Source: Rhizaria sp. SCN 62-66 (Eukaryota). From it: 34,471 nt of DNA. The translations under genes were made by a program, and so were the position numbers. Of the stretch, positions 32,701-34,471 are shown piece by piece; the stretch's first letter is position 1; each line of letters starts with the position of its first letter. Where the stretch lies: assembly GCA_001724265.1 (NCBI GenBank), contig MEDY01000321.1, positions 1 to 34,471 of the forward strand, read 5' to 3'. The notes beneath the pieces were generated by a model. The model saw only the letters and a program-made list of their open reading frames with translations, was not told the DNA's origin and ran no database searches.

Positions 32701-34471
32701 CCAGCGCTGCGCGCGCTCGGCCGCGACTGCGCGCACCAGGACGCCGACGAACGAGAGCGCCAGCGCGCGCGCGCCGCCGCCGCGGAGGCTGCTGCCGAGG
32801 CCGCGGCTGCTGCGGAGGCCGTTGGCGCGGCGGACGAGGCCGAGCGCGCGCGGCTGCTGCGGGCGAAAGAGCAGCGCGAGCGCGCCGACTGGCGGGTGCC
32901 GTTTCCCTGCCTCTGCCCCGCGAACAACAGCGGCGGCGGCAGCGGGGCGGCGGCGGACGACGCCGACTTCGGCGCGTCCAGCAGCGGCATCGCGAGCATG
33001 CGCGGCGCGGCGCCGGACGTAGCGCGCGGCGGCAGCGGCTTCCGCGGCCGCCCGTGCTCGTGCGCGGCGCAGTCGCCGAGCGTCACCGCGGGACAGGCCA
33101 CCCCCGCGGCCGCCGCAGCCGCGGCCGTGGCACCGCTTGTGAGCGCCCTCGCCTCGGCCTCGGCGCTGACCGCCGGGGGCGGCAGGGTGGGCGCGGGGGG
33201 CCCGGTGGCGTGGCTGGCTGCGCTGGCGCGGGAGGGCGTGCTGTGCGTGCCGCCCGCGGTGCTCACGGTCATCGCCACCGCGGCGGCAGCCAGGCTCTCC
33301 GCTGCCACGGACGCCACGGCGGCGGCGGCGGCGGTGACGACGACGACGACCATGACGACGACAACGACGACGATGCTGACGTCGGCAGGGATGGGGAGCG
33401 GCTTGGGCTCTTCCATGGTGTCGGGGCCTCCGTCGAACGGGCTGCTGCGTCGGCTCTCGCTGCCCTTCACGCCGCCGCCCGACTTCAGCCAGGGCAAGAC
33501 ATCCGTCCCGCCCGCGGGCAGAGGCGCGCGCTCGGGCCGCCCCGGCCCTCTGACCGGTCCCGTCGCTGGCGCCGGCTCTGTGGCAGACGACGACGAGAGC
33601 GGCGAGGGCGGCAACGGGCTGCAGCTGGTGCTCCAGGGGGAGCAGCCTGGCGACATCCAGTGGCTCTCATCCGTCGCGGCCGCAGCAGCGCCGCTCGCTG
33701 GACTCGCTCTCAACAACAACAGCAACAACGTTAACAGTGCGAACGCCAACAACAACGCCAGCGGCGTGCAGATGGTGTTCTTGTCGCCGCAAATGGTCGC
33801 AGACTCGCTGCTCACGCCCTCGCTGCTCGCGCAAGCCGCGCAACAGCAGAAGGACCACGGGTACGTCGACGGACAACAGTCCCAGCAGCAGCAGCGCGCG
33901 CTGGCCCGCAGCCGCCACGCCACGGCCTCCATCTCCGCCGTGTTTTCCGCGGCCACGTCTTTCCTCACTGCAGCATCGCACTTGCCTCCCGCGCCCGCGC
34001 CATCCTCGGCGCAGTCCGGCCGGCCCAGCGAGAGTGACGGCGACAGCGACACCGACGACGGCGCCGCGGCCGCAATCGGCAACGCGAGCGTGCGCGCCCG
34101 CGTGAGCGACGCCGCGCACCTCGCGTGGACTCGGGCTGTCGCAGCTTTACTCTTCTCACGCCTGCTCGCGGCCACGGGACTGCTGTCCAGCGCGCGCGCG
34201 CTCGCGCACAAGGCGCAGATCGAAGCCATGGCGCTGGCGCTGGGCCGTAGGCAGCAGCAGCAGCGCGCTGAGGAGACTGAGACGCGGCTGCGCAAGCAGC
34301 TCGCCACGGCCTCGGCCGCCGCGAGCGAGACGCGCACCGCTGAGGCCGCGCGCGAGGCCGCCGAGGCGCGCGTCGCGGAGCTCGAGGCGGAGCTGGCCGC
34401 CGTTACGCAGGCCGCAGCGGCGGCCGCGGAGACGGCGGCGGCCGCGGCGGCGACGAGCGCGGCCGAGCTGG
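29371..34471 (+). CDS. very long low-complexity Ala/Ser/Pro/Gln-rich protein with probable coiled coil at the window edge; 3'-partial, >1700 aa, function unknown
   Basis: ATG at 29371 (MATRPPSAGRPPSAGRPPSAR...) opens a frame that appears open to the window end: the ORF track lists no terminated ORF in this frame. Composition resembles the EXO1 insertions. The end reads ...RAEETETRLRKQLA...AEARVAELEAELAAV. Confidence 0.8.
29710..29775 (+). repeat. perfect (GCT)22 microsatellite encoding poly-Ala
   Basis: 22 uninterrupted GCT units followed by GCC, in the coding frame of the 29371 gene. Confidence 0.95.

Noticed and set aside
30618-34337. Long alternative ORFs 30618-32003 (-), 31881-33734 (+) and 32523-34337 (-)
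   Set aside because: Shadow frames of the GC-rich gene starting at 29371. They are Arg-rich or antisense low-complexity translations with no recognisable motifs.
1-34471. tRNA (including a CUA suppressor), rRNA, snRNA, CRISPR array or transposon
   Set aside because: No cloverleaf with A/B boxes, repeat-spacer array, terminal repeats or transposase/RT motifs were recognised by eye. A covariance-model search would be needed to exclude small RNAs.

Overview
Gene-dense eukaryotic (protist-like) genomic DNA with GC-rich exons and short (114-250 nt), more AT/pyrimidine-rich spliceosomal introns. Nine protein-coding genes can be reconstructed by hand: a membrane-anchored S1/P1 nuclease (-), a WW-domain/TMEM151-like protein (+), a ~1500-aa GPI-type repeat surface protein (-), a TIP30/HTATIP2-like atypical SDR (-), a ~3560-aa EXO1-like XPG nuclease (-), APH-1 (+), KDSR/TSC10 (-), an SFT2-like protein (-), and a >1700-aa low-complexity protein running off the window end (+). 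The main observation is that two otherwise intact genes each carry one in-frame TAG. One lies inside the WW domain (2724-2726). The other lies between the XPG-I and H3TH motifs of EXO1 (21390-21392). All eight observable true stops are TAA (6) or TGA (2). This points to a variant nuclear genetic code in which UAG alone is a sense codon (Gln or Glu most plausible). All ten inferred introns also share an unusual strict donor, GT(A/T)CG(T/C), with C at +4. No RNA genes, CRISPR arrays or mobile elements were recognised. Family assignments come from recalled motifs, not database searches.
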